64,000 bases of DNA from Gammaproteobacteria bacterium. GTDB taxonomy: Bacteria > Pseudomonadota > Gammaproteobacteria > JBCCGL01. Location of the stretch: assembly GCA_965277715.1 (NCBI GenBank), contig OZ255836.1, positions 1,376,001 to 1,440,000 of the forward strand, written 5' to 3'. Every line of letters starts with the position of its first letter. The stretch's first letter is position 1. The position numbers and the translations under genes are program-made. Positions 30,084-40,177 of the stretch are shown piece after piece. Under the pieces are notes generated by a model that ran no database searches, was not told the DNA's origin, and worked only from the letters and a program-made list of their open reading frames with translations.

Positions 30084-30733
30084 AACGAGAACCCCGGATT
30101 GTTGGATTCGAGATAGGCTTTGATTTTTCGGCGACCGTGGTGAAGTCGGGTTTTAACTGTGTTTGCCGGGCAGCTCATAATTTGACCTATTTCTTCCATG
30201 GAATAGCCTTGGAAATAGCACAGTTCCAGCACCATGCGTTGCTTGGCGGGCAAATGTAGCAATGCCTGCTGGATCAGTTCGCAATCCACTTCAGTATCCG
30301 ATCCAGTGATACCGGCAGTGTTGTCAGGGCGATTTTGTTCGATGTACTCAACCAGTCGTATAGCGTCCCGCGAGCGCCGTTTGAGCATACGCAGGCAAGC
30401 GCGATAGGCAATTGAAAATACCCAGCTTGAGACTTTCGAGCGCCCCTGGTACTGGCTCGCTTTATCCCACACTCTCAGCATTACGTCGTTGTAGGCTTCC
30501 TCGACCAACGCATGGTCGGTGCTGAGGCGATATAGAAACGGCACCAGGCGGGAGCGATAGTGTTCATACAGCGTTTGCATGGCATGGCTGTCCCGCTCAC
30601 TGGCAATTTGCTCAATCAATACGCGATCAGCGCGATCCCGGGGGTCTTGTTGATCGATAACGTCAGTGTCATGGTCTCGACTTGTCACATTTTCACAGCG
30701 TGTGTCGCCGTCTCTCCCAAACCTTATTATCAT
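30080..30733 (-). CDS. ECF sigma-70 family RNA polymerase sigma factor (start uncertain; alternative GTG at 30688)
   Basis: YQGRSKVSSWVFSIAY region 2; LPAKQRMVLELCYFQG.SMEEIG..M.CPANTVKTRL region 4. Confidence 0.92.
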   Translation of the reverse strand: MIIRFGRDGDTRCENVTSRDHDTDVIDQQDPRDRADRVLIEQIASERDSHAMQTLYEHYRSRLVPFLYRLSTDHALVEEAYNDVMLRVWDKASQYQGRSKVSSWVFSIAYRACLRMLKRRSRDAIRLVEYIEQNRPDNTAGITGSDTEVDCELIQQALLHLPAKQRMVLELCYFQGYSMEEIGQIMSCPANTVKTRLHHGRRKIKAYLESNNPGFSL

Positions 30734-31262
30734 TGTTACCGGAGGGTTCGCCGCAGGCTCGGCCAATGACCGAAAAAACGCACGCATATCGCCCCGGCGA
30801 TATTCACCGGCCCTCATTTGAGTAATTACACAGACCGGGGAATTTACGCACGCTATTGTGAATACGATAATCATGTTTTGCAAGAAAGGCGGGGAGATTC
30901 CCCCCCCCCGCAAACTATGGTCGCTCATTCAATACTCTAAATGCCCGAAGGGGTCGGCAAACCCGTGAAACCGCGTAGAAACAAACCACCTCACTCACCA
31001 CTTCCGGTAACACCGGCGGCGTCAGAGAGGAAATATATCGGACTGACCGCTGTGCCATTCGCCTGTATTACCGAGCCTGGATGAACCGACACATAGCCAT
31101 TGCCACTGTCGCGAACCTGCGTATCGGCGACGATGGGCCACAACCGGCGAAGTTGCTTCATAGGGTATTTCCGAGCTGGTGGATTTCAACACCCTAGAGC
31201 ACCCATTGCTGGAAAACGGTTCAAACCGTTTTTGTCAGCACCTGAATGCCGAGTGGGAATAC

Positions 31263-31518
31263 GCCGAACAGATCGCCGCGCTGGCCCCAACGGAGCCATC
31301 GGCACAAGATCGGCAGGTGGCTGCGGAAGCTACCAGCCTGGCAGCTAAAGCACGCACGAAGCTCACTCAACAGCGCCTGCAGGAGTCATCGCAGTCGATG
31401 CCTGAATCCCAACTTGAACGCGACGACAGCGAGCAGGATACCCGCGCCCGCGAGCCAGTAAATCTGGCGGGCAGTTTACTCAGCCTGTTCGCCTGGTACA
31501 CTGTCAGGTCTATCGATA
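31263..31518 (+). pseudogene. Remnant of an SprA-related (CJM1_0395-like) family gene
   Basis: AEQIAALAPTEPSAQDRQVAAEA matches the family C-terminal motif as I recall it; N-terminal HE.AH motif and a proper start are absent. Confidence 0.6.
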
Positions 31519-33228
31519 CTAATTTACACCGTACTCTTCGTCGCGGGCACGACACAAGGCCTCGTTGTGGGCGCGCAAAATATCCCCCCGATACACAACG
31601 CCCAGCACCTCTCTCTCGCCACCACTGTCAGTCAGCACCGGCACACAGTTGAGCTGCCATTGATCCAGCAATTGCAGCGCACCGTTAAGACTGGTGTTGG
31701 CGGTGACGCTAAACGCCGGATCGCTAATATACGTTTCGAGCGTGGCGTCCGAGCTGCTGTCACTGGGTGTTGATACCAGGCTGGCAGGCGCCAAACGGAT
31801 AGATGCAAGACTGCCCATAAATTGTCCATCGCCAAATACCACCAGAATCCCAGTGTGATTTTCGAGTAGTTGCCGACGCGCCTCGCCGACCGAGCGAGTA
31901 CAATCGATACGGCCAAAATTCTGGGTAACCAGCTTGTCAATCGTAATGGACATCAACAGACTTTGGTTGCGACCAAGGTTCAGATTGATGCCACGCTGCT
32001 CCAACTGCCAGCGAAAAAAAGATTTGCAGGGGGAGTACTGCATCAGCGTACTGGCGATCGCCGAGGTCAGCATAACGGCGATAACCAGATGGTAGTCAGC
32101 GGTGAGTTCAAAAATTATCAATAACGTGGATATCGGCGCCCCCAATAGCGCCGATGCAACACCTGCCATACCGACAATTGAGTAAACGCCCTGGCTACTG
32201 GCGAGGTGCGGAAACAACCCAGCCGCCAGCCACCAGAAAGCGCCACCCAGCATTGCGCCGATAAACAGCGCCGGGCTAAATATCCCTCCGGCGAAGCCAC
32301 TGCCCAGGCACACACTGGTGGCTAACAACTTGGCGAACAGCAACATAAACAACAACAACACAGGCAAGGCCTCACGCAAAGCCAGATCAGTAGCCGGATA
32401 CCCCACCCCCAGTACTAAGGGAAACTGTAACGCGATAACCCCGACTAACAGACCCGCAAACATCGGGCGCAACCACCTTGGGCAGGAGACCCATTCCCAA
32501 CCGATCTGCACAAACCGGACACTGTATATCAAGGCCAGCGATACCACCCCGGCGACCACCCCCAGTAGCGCGAACGCAGGCAACTCCCACAGCGAAGCTA
32601 TGGCATAAGCGGGCAGGTGAAATGCAGGGGAATCACCCAGTAGCTGGCGGGTGACGATAACGGCGGCAATGGCACTGATAACAGTCGGTGTCAGTACACG
32701 CAGCGAGTAGTAACCCACCACCACTTCCAGCGCAAACAACACACCGGCTATCGGTGCATTAAACGATGCCGTCACTGCCGCTGCGGCGCCACAGCCGAGC
32801 AAGACCAAAGCATCCTGGCGATTCAAACGCAAACTACTGGCTAACCAGGCGTTAATCGTGGCGCACAGATGAATAGCCGGTCCCTCCCGCCCCAGGGCCG
32901 CACCACTGCCGAGCGAAACCACCGTCGCCAGAGCAGAGCTGAACCCGTTGCGCAAATCGATATGACCGCTGTGCACCGCACTCGCCTCCATCACATCACT
33001 CACCCCTTGATAACCGGTGCCCGGTGAAAGCCAGCGCAACAACAACCCGACGATCAGACCGCCAACAGCGGGGGCTAAGAGAATATGCCACCACGCCAGA
33101 CTGGCGACACCCAAGCCAGTCTCACCGGCAAAAAACAACGCATAGACGGCGCGAATAAGGGCGACCAGCGCAATTGTCGCCAGCGCGGAGAGAATGCCGG
33201 TAACAAAAGTCAGCAAAAAAAATAACAA
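31519..33228 (-). CDS. CLC chloride channel/antiporter with C-terminal CBS domains
   Basis: GREGP, FNAPIAG, GGIFSP, FELT..Y; CBS-like tail. Confidence 0.92.
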   Translation of the reverse strand: MLFFLLTFVTGILSALATIALVALIRAVYALFFAGETGLGVASLAWWHILLAPAVGGLIVGLLLRWLSPGTGYQGVSDVMEASAVHSGHIDLRNGFSSALATVVSLGSGAALGREGPAIHLCATINAWLASSLRLNRQDALVLLGCGAAAAVTASFNAPIAGVLFALEVVVGYYSLRVLTPTVISAIAAVIVTRQLLGDSPAFHLPAYAIASLWELPAFALLGVVAGVVSLALIYSVRFVQIGWEWVSCPRWLRPMFAGLLVGVIALQFPLVLGVGYPATDLALREALPVLLLFMLLFAKLLATSVCLGSGFAGGIFSPALFIGAMLGGAFWWLAAGLFPHLASSQGVYSIVGMAGVASALLGAPISTLLIIFELTADYHLVIAVMLTSAIASTLMQYSPCKSFFRWQLEQRGINLNLGRNQSLLMSITIDKLVTQNFGRIDCTRSVGEARRQLLENHTGILVVFGDGQFMGSLASIRLAPASLVSTPSDSSSDATLETYISDPAFSVTANTSLNGALQLLDQWQLNCVPVLTDSGGEREVLGVVYRGDILRAHNEALCRARDEEYGVN

Positions 33229-33446
33229 ACGGTTAATAGTCAGTGCTCACAAAATATCAACAAAAACGTCAGCACTTTAATTGAATTTATAGTGACTATA
33301 CAATTAGCATATTGGCAATAACGAAATACGCTGGAGCTAATCAAAAAACTTACTGGTATTGATCTTGAGTGGCCTATTTAACACCCGTCCCTATACCAAC
33401 AGATTCTTATCACAAAAAATAACATGGAAAGCCCTCTGGATTCCCC

Positions 33447-34145
33447 TCACTGGCTTTGCCAATCGCCAATATAGCCCACAAAACTCACCTGAAGTGACTC
33501 AGTGTCCTCCGAATAACTTGCATAGCTCAAACGCACCGCAAAGCCACTGTGCCAACGCGCCTCTGCACCCACAGCGAAAAAACCCGAGTACCGGTCATCC
33601 ACACGAAAATTTTCCGAAAAGTTATGACTTGCATAGCGTATACCACCCTGTAAAAACGGTTCCAAACGAAATTCCCGCGCTTCATCCGGCGCCCACGGTG
33701 CCCACAGCAGACTCAGCCCTGTTTCTTTATACGAGAGCACCCCCGCAATGTTTCCCGCATTGGCACCCGCCGTAAACGCCAACTCGGCCTCGCCCAGATC
33801 CGCGTAGCTAAATTCTGCCTGCCACGCCGGTAAAAACCGATAGCCCAGCAAAAGTTGGAAACCACTGTCACTGTTATCACTCACCCTAAATACCGTATTT
33901 TGTGTTTCCGGCTGCAGCGATGAGTACGACAATCCATATCCCATATACCACCCCGGATCAACCGCTTCTGCCAGCGAAATACCCGGCTGTAACACCAGAC
34001 CCACCATTAACGAAACAAATACCTTACGGCTAAACAACCGACATCTGGCCGCACACAAAACCCTCAACGAAATCAATAACGACATAAATACCCCCACATC
34101 ACCGCCAGTTGTGCCACTATTACCCAGGAAGAGACTAGACCCCAT
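33447..34145 (-). CDS. Outer-membrane beta-barrel protein (OmpA-like TM domain), paralogue 1; true start probably downstream
   Basis: GWYMGYG, QLLLGYRF, WQAEFSYADLG; alternating beta pattern; similar to 34799..35434. Confidence 0.78.
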   Translation of the reverse strand: MGSSLFLGNSGTTGGDVGVFMSLLISLRVLCAARCRLFSRKVFVSLMVGLVLQPGISLAEAVDPGWYMGYGLSYSSLQPETQNTVFRVSDNSDSGFQLLLGYRFLPAWQAEFSYADLGEAELAFTAGANAGNIAGVLSYKETGLSLLWAPWAPDEAREFRLEPFLQGGIRYASHNFSENFRVDDRYSGFFAVGAEARWHSGFAVRLSYASYSEDTESLQVSFVGYIGDWQSQ

Positions 34146-34540
34146 GTATTGCCAATAATTGCCCCAGAAAAAAGCGCTATAAACAATTAGTTGAAAGTTA
34201 ATACATATTAGGAGCGTCAGGTTTAAACGCGCCTAGATGATAGGTACTGGCAAAAATTTACCCTATAGTATAGACGCCAATACCAGGAACAGTGATAAAA
34301 CTAAACACAATAAACCACATGGGTGTACCACTAGAATCCTGCCAGGAAGCTAATAACGCAATGAATGACACCTGAAAAGAGCCGCCATAAGCTACAAATA
34401 GTATTTTTTATAATATTTGTACTGTTTTTTTATAAACTGATAGCAAGCTTTATAATTCAGAAAATAAATAAAATTATCCAAAAAACACTTGCATTCACCA
34501 GCAGAATTTTTTTTAAAATACCCATTTAATATCTGATTAA

Positions 34541-34729
34541 ATGGGCAAATTGAATATGAACGAAACGATGGCCGTTGAAGAATATATCACCGAACACTGT
34601 AAAATAAGTATGGAAAAAGCAATTGCTGCTGAACGCTTCCCTTTATGGAAAAGATCATACGATGCCATTGATGACGTAGCTTTTTCTCGCCATGGGTTAC
34701 TTCGCTGTATAAGCCTTGTACATAGCTAA
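34541..34729 (+). mobile_element. Possible N-terminal fragment of an IS4-like transposase
   Basis: Short ORF (ERFPLWKRSYD...GLLRCIS.V.S) in an AT-rich tract; resembles recalled IS4-family N-termini; stops abruptly. Confidence 0.4.
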
Positions 34730-34798
34730 ACCACCTGTGAATGAAAGGTGAAAGAGACAACATCCTTCATCTCATCTCTTTTTACCGGTCGTTTATTA

Positions 34799-35434
34799 TT
34801 ATTCACCGATATAACCAATAAAGCTCAACATAAACGAATCGATATCTTCTGCGCGGTTTACATAGTGTAGGCGCAGCGCAAATCCATTGTTCCAACGTGC
34901 TTCAGCACCAATACCGACAAAGCCGGATATCCCATCGTCACTGTTCAAACCACTGACAGAATCAATGTCAAGGTCGCTGATGCCTAACTGAACAAAGGGT
35001 TCCAAACGAAAGTCCTGACTATGATCAGGTGCAAACGGAAGCCACAGCCCACCTAGAGTAAATTGGCTGTAATCGACAGAGCCTGCACCAGCGCCTGAAG
35101 CCAACCCCAGCTCAGCGCTCCCAAGACGTGCATAACCAATCTCTGCCTGCCAGTATCGGTGTATACGGTAACCCAGCAGGAGTTGAACGCCATTGCTACT
35201 ATCGTCGGTCACCACGAAGTTGGTGCTCGTGGTATCTGGCTGCAAAGACGAGCTGCTTAAACCAAACCCCACATAAACTCCCTGTTGGTCGTCTTCGGCA
35301 AAGGATAAACCCGGTTTCAGAACCAATATAATCGCCAACAATAAAAATGGGATACCACGTGCCAGAAAAGTCGGCCAGCGTTGCTCCAAACCATATGTAA
35401 CGGATTCAGTGTCAAACTTAATCATTGAAGACAA
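34799..35434 (-). CDS. Outer-membrane beta-barrel protein, paralogue 2
   Basis: GVYVGFG, QLLLGYR, WQAEIGYARLG, FRLEPFVQ, GAEARW..GF shared with paralogue 1. Confidence 0.8.
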   Translation of the reverse strand: MSSMIKFDTESVTYGLEQRWPTFLARGIPFLLLAIILVLKPGLSFAEDDQQGVYVGFGLSSSSLQPDTTSTNFVVTDDSSNGVQLLLGYRIHRYWQAEIGYARLGSAELGLASGAGAGSVDYSQFTLGGLWLPFAPDHSQDFRLEPFVQLGISDLDIDSVSGLNSDDGISGFVGIGAEARWNNGFALRLHYVNRAEDIDSFMLSFIGYIGE

Positions 35435-35558
35435 TACCTTTGTTATGTGTTTTGCCAGCGGGCATCTATGCTACTTTAATCGTGTGCCTATGCACACTCT
35501 GTTGTGGATAGGAAATACTAATACTAACCGCATTCGGTTGCACTTTAATATTTTCCAG

Positions 35559-35843
35559 TCAATCAGCACCCACTGACCAGTAATCTTGATTACTCACCCA
35601 GGGGCGAACATTCAGATTGACACTGCTATCAGCCAGCTCGCCTACAGCAATAGCGGGTTTCGGGCCTTTCAGCATACGCTTATCAGCGGCAATAATCGCG
35701 CCAATTGCATCACGAACCTGACCAATATTATCGTGCAAACCAATGCCAATGACCAGACCAACCACCCCCAAAATCGCCATCGACGGGATCACATTAACAC
35801 CCAGTAAATCAACTGCCGCCAGTAAGACGGCTACCAGTAACAC
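35559..35843 (-). pseudogene. mscS: Internally deleted small-conductance mechanosensitive channel remnant
   Basis: TM segment AILGVVGLVIG fused directly to the C-domain (PAIAVGELADSSVNLNVRPWV...DYW); middle domain and both ends are missing. Confidence 0.75.
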
Positions 35844-35999
35844 TTGTAGCCGATATTACCCAAAAACCCGGTCAACATATTTAGTTGTTTTAGCGGTGTG
35901 TGATGATAAACCAGTGTCAGTTGCTTATTTGCGAAGTCGAGCACATCTTAACCCTGAACCCCATGCTATTAACTTGCACACAAGTCAATAGCATGGGGT

Positions 36000-36671
36000 C
36001 TAGAGGGCATTATCAATCACCGTGGATGATGTGGGGTTGAAGTAGTGTCGCCCACCACCGATAGACTGTATTTGCTCCAGTAATAGCGCATAGTCGTGAT
36101 CGCTACTGGCGAAATTCAAATAGTGCGCATTGACAATAAGCAGCGTAGAGGCCTCATAAGCGTGAAAAAAACGCATATAGGCATCCGACAGTCGATTCAA
36201 ATAGTCACTATCCATAGCTTGTTCAAACGCTACACCGCGATGGTGTATACGCTCAATCAATACCGACACAGGTGCCTGTAAGTAGATCACCAGATCGGGC
36301 GCCGGGGCGTCGATAGTCAGGTGCTGGTAAACCTGTTCATACAATGCCAGCTCATCAGCATCAAGCGTCAATCCGGCAAACAGGCGATCCTTTTCCATTA
36401 AGAAATCGGCCACCCATACCGGCGTAAACAACTCCCCCTGGCGTATAGTCTGCATCTGCTGCGCACGCTGCATCAGGAAAAACAATTGCGTAGATAGGGC
36501 TGCCTGTCGTGGATTTTGGTAAAACCGTTCTAAAAATGGGTTTTCACTGGCGCCTTCCAGTAACAGTTCAGAGCCAAATGAATCCGCCAGCTTTCTCGCC
36601 AGGGTAGTTTTGCCCACCCCAATTGGCCCCTCAACCACAATGTAAGCACCCTCATGCAGCATCGCCATCAT
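36000..36671 (-). CDS. Deoxynucleoside kinase
   Basis: VVEGPIGVGKTT, NPFLERFY, PDLVIYLQA. Confidence 0.93.
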   Translation of the reverse strand: MMAMLHEGAYIVVEGPIGVGKTTLARKLADSFGSELLLEGASENPFLERFYQNPRQAALSTQLFFLMQRAQQMQTIRQGELFTPVWVADFLMEKDRLFAGLTLDADELALYEQVYQHLTIDAPAPDLVIYLQAPVSVLIERIHHRGVAFEQAMDSDYLNRLSDAYMRFFHAYEASTLLIVNAHYLNFASSDHDYALLLEQIQSIGGGRHYFNPTSSTVIDNAL

Positions 36672-37192
36672 TTATCTTGATGAATAGGGGCATCTAGATT
36701 AATAGGGCCATCCAAACGCGTGATACCAGCACCCCCCAGTGATTGCCGCAATGCCACCACTGAACCCAGCGACGGAATCGAGAGCGTGGGGGCAATGGCA
36801 TACAACGGCTCAAGCACAAAGACCCGATTGGCTATTTCCGGGTGTGGCACGCTTAAACGCGCCGTGTGAATCTGCGCATCGTTGTATAACAATATATCCA
36901 AATCGAGTGTGCGTGACCCCCAGCGCGTGCCATCACGCACTCTACCTTGTGCGTGTTCGATCGCCTGTAAAGCATCAAGCAGCCGCTCGGCTGATAGCGT
37001 GGTACTTAGACAGGCGACAGCATTGATGTAGTCACTCTGCCCCGGCTGGCCGAGTGGCTGACTGAGATATAGCGGGGATACAGTGTGTAGCTGGGCACTG
37101 GGGATGTTGTCCAGGCACACAATTGCCCGCTCGACTTGGGCATAGGGATTGTGCAGATTGCTGCCAATACCAATATAAACCTGGTTGTGCAT
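36668..37192 (-). CDS. folK: 2-amino-4-hydroxy-6-hydroxymethyldihydropteridine diphosphokinase
   Basis: YIGIGSNL, RWGSRTLDLDILL, PHP...R.FVL.PL. Confidence 0.96.
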   Translation of the reverse strand: MHNQVYIGIGSNLHNPYAQVERAIVCLDNIPSAQLHTVSPLYLSQPLGQPGQSDYINAVACLSTTLSAERLLDALQAIEHAQGRVRDGTRWGSRTLDLDILLYNDAQIHTARLSVPHPEIANRVFVLEPLYAIAPTLSIPSLGSVVALRQSLGGAGITRLDGPINLDAPIHQDK

Positions 37193-37201
37193 GCCGGTGA
37201 A

Positions 37202-38874
<1,673 letters not shown>

Positions 38875-38933
38875 TCAAGCAGGTTTAAACTTACCCTTTA
38901 GACTAGCATGTACAGGCGTTTTCTGCGAGTTAT

Positions 38934-39003
38934 AAAAATCAATGGGGTCAGACTCGTTTGATTTCGCATGCGAAATCAAACGAGTCTGACCCCATTGATT
39001 TTT
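38934..39003. repeat. 70-bp perfect palindrome with no loop, family D
   Basis: AAAAATCAATGGGGTCAGACTCGTTTGATTTCGCA|TGCGAAATCAAACGAGTCTGACCCCATTGATTTTT. Confidence 0.95.
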
Positions 39004-39663
39004 TTAGGCGGCAAAACGCTGCCAGCCATAACTCTCCCTTTTCTCAAGTGCGCTGAGGTAGAGTGATTCAAATTCATCGACCACCGAATTTTTCACCGCA
39101 GGTAACGCCAGCAGGCGTTGTGACCAGGCTGTCACCTTTGGCATGGCCTCAGCGTCGACCGCAGAAAAGTAGCCATCCGCCACGGCACTGTGAGTGAAGA
39201 GCGGCGCAAATGCCGTATCTGCCAGTGAAAACTGCTCACCGTTAAACCAGGGGCCATCGCCAAGTACCTGTTCCACCCGGTGAAGTTGGCCTACCAGCTC
39301 AGCGCGGTATTTTTCATAATCCGCCTGCTCTTTGGCATATTTCATCATGTAACTGTTGCCGAGCATCGTCGAGGCAAACTCTATCCAGGCGCGGTTTTTA
39401 GCCCGTGCCAGTGGGGTTTTAGGTTGCAATTCACCACCAGTGATTTCATCCAGGTATTCATTGATTACCGCTGATTCAAACAGTACTTCGCCATCCACTT
39501 TAAGTACGGGCACTTTTTGCAAAGGGGATATTTCCACAAACCAGTCCGGCGGGTCGGCCAGGTCGATAAATGTGACTGTGTGGTCAACGTTTTTATAATT
39601 GAGCGTAATAATTGCGCGTTGTACAAACGGGCAAAGCTTAAAACTGATCAGTTCGAGTGACAT
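39004..39663 (-). CDS. Glutathione S-transferase family protein
   Basis: LCPFVQR, SPLQKVPVL, FESAVINEYLDE, FSLAD. Confidence 0.93.
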   Translation of the reverse strand: MSLELISFKLCPFVQRAIITLNYKNVDHTVTFIDLADPPDWFVEISPLQKVPVLKVDGEVLFESAVINEYLDEITGGELQPKTPLARAKNRAWIEFASTMLGNSYMMKYAKEQADYEKYRAELVGQLHRVEQVLGDGPWFNGEQFSLADTAFAPLFTHSAVADGYFSAVDAEAMPKVTAWSQRLLALPAVKNSVVDEFESLYLSALEKRESYGWQRFAA

Positions 39664-39727
39664 TGCGTTAACCTCAGGTATCCAGCAGAATCGCTGTGTG
39701 TGAAAGTAAAGATAAGGGTAGTGGTGG

Positions 39728-40138
39728 ATGAATACAAGCACCGGCACAACCGGCAATATACGCATCGATAAATGGTTGTGGGCAGCGCGTTTTTTTAAAA
39801 CCCGAAGGCTCGCTTCCACGGCGGTATCGGGGGGCAAAGTACATTTAAACGGGCAGCGAATCAAGCCGGCCCATGTGTTGCGCGTGAATGATCGCCTGCG
39901 GATTCAGCGCGGTCACTATGAATACACAATTGATGTAATATCGCTAAACGACAAGCGACGCCCCGCTAAAGAGGCCTGCCTGATGTATCGGGAGACTGAA
40001 CAGAGCCAGCAGGACCGGGCGCAAATGGCTGAGCGTGTTAAATTGGAAAATCGGGCACATGCCAACTATACCGAGGGTCGCCCCGATAAGCGGCAGCGTC
40101 GGCAGATTGTTCGGTTTCGGCAGGCCAACAACGAATAA
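39728..40138 (+). CDS. hslR: Ribosome-associated heat shock protein Hsp15 (S4 domain)
   Basis: RIDKWLWAARFFKTR, GRPDKRQRR. Confidence 0.95.
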   Translation: MNTSTGTTGNIRIDKWLWAARFFKTRRLASTAVSGGKVHLNGQRIKPAHVLRVNDRLRIQRGHYEYTIDVISLNDKRRPAKEACLMYRETEQSQQDRAQMAERVKLENRAHANYTEGRPDKRQRRQIVRFRQANNE

Positions 40139-40177
40139 AATCAATGGTAAATCAATGGGATCGACCCCATTGATTTA
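40137..40177. repeat. Collapsed family D palindrome between the convergent hslR and cphA genes
   Basis: aaaatcaatgg-taaatcaatgggatcgaccccattgattta shares the AAATCAATGGG/CCCCATTGATTT arms. Confidence 0.75.

Noticed and set aside
30950-31030. GGCAAACCCGTGAAA resembling the start of a c-di-GMP-I riboswitch
   Set aside because: The following GGGACGCAAA segment and P2/P3 pairing are absent, and no intact gene lies downstream.
39664-39864. N-terminal extension of the GST ORF
   Set aside because: It is antisense to hslR; the GST motif begins at ATG 39663 after a GAGG RBS.
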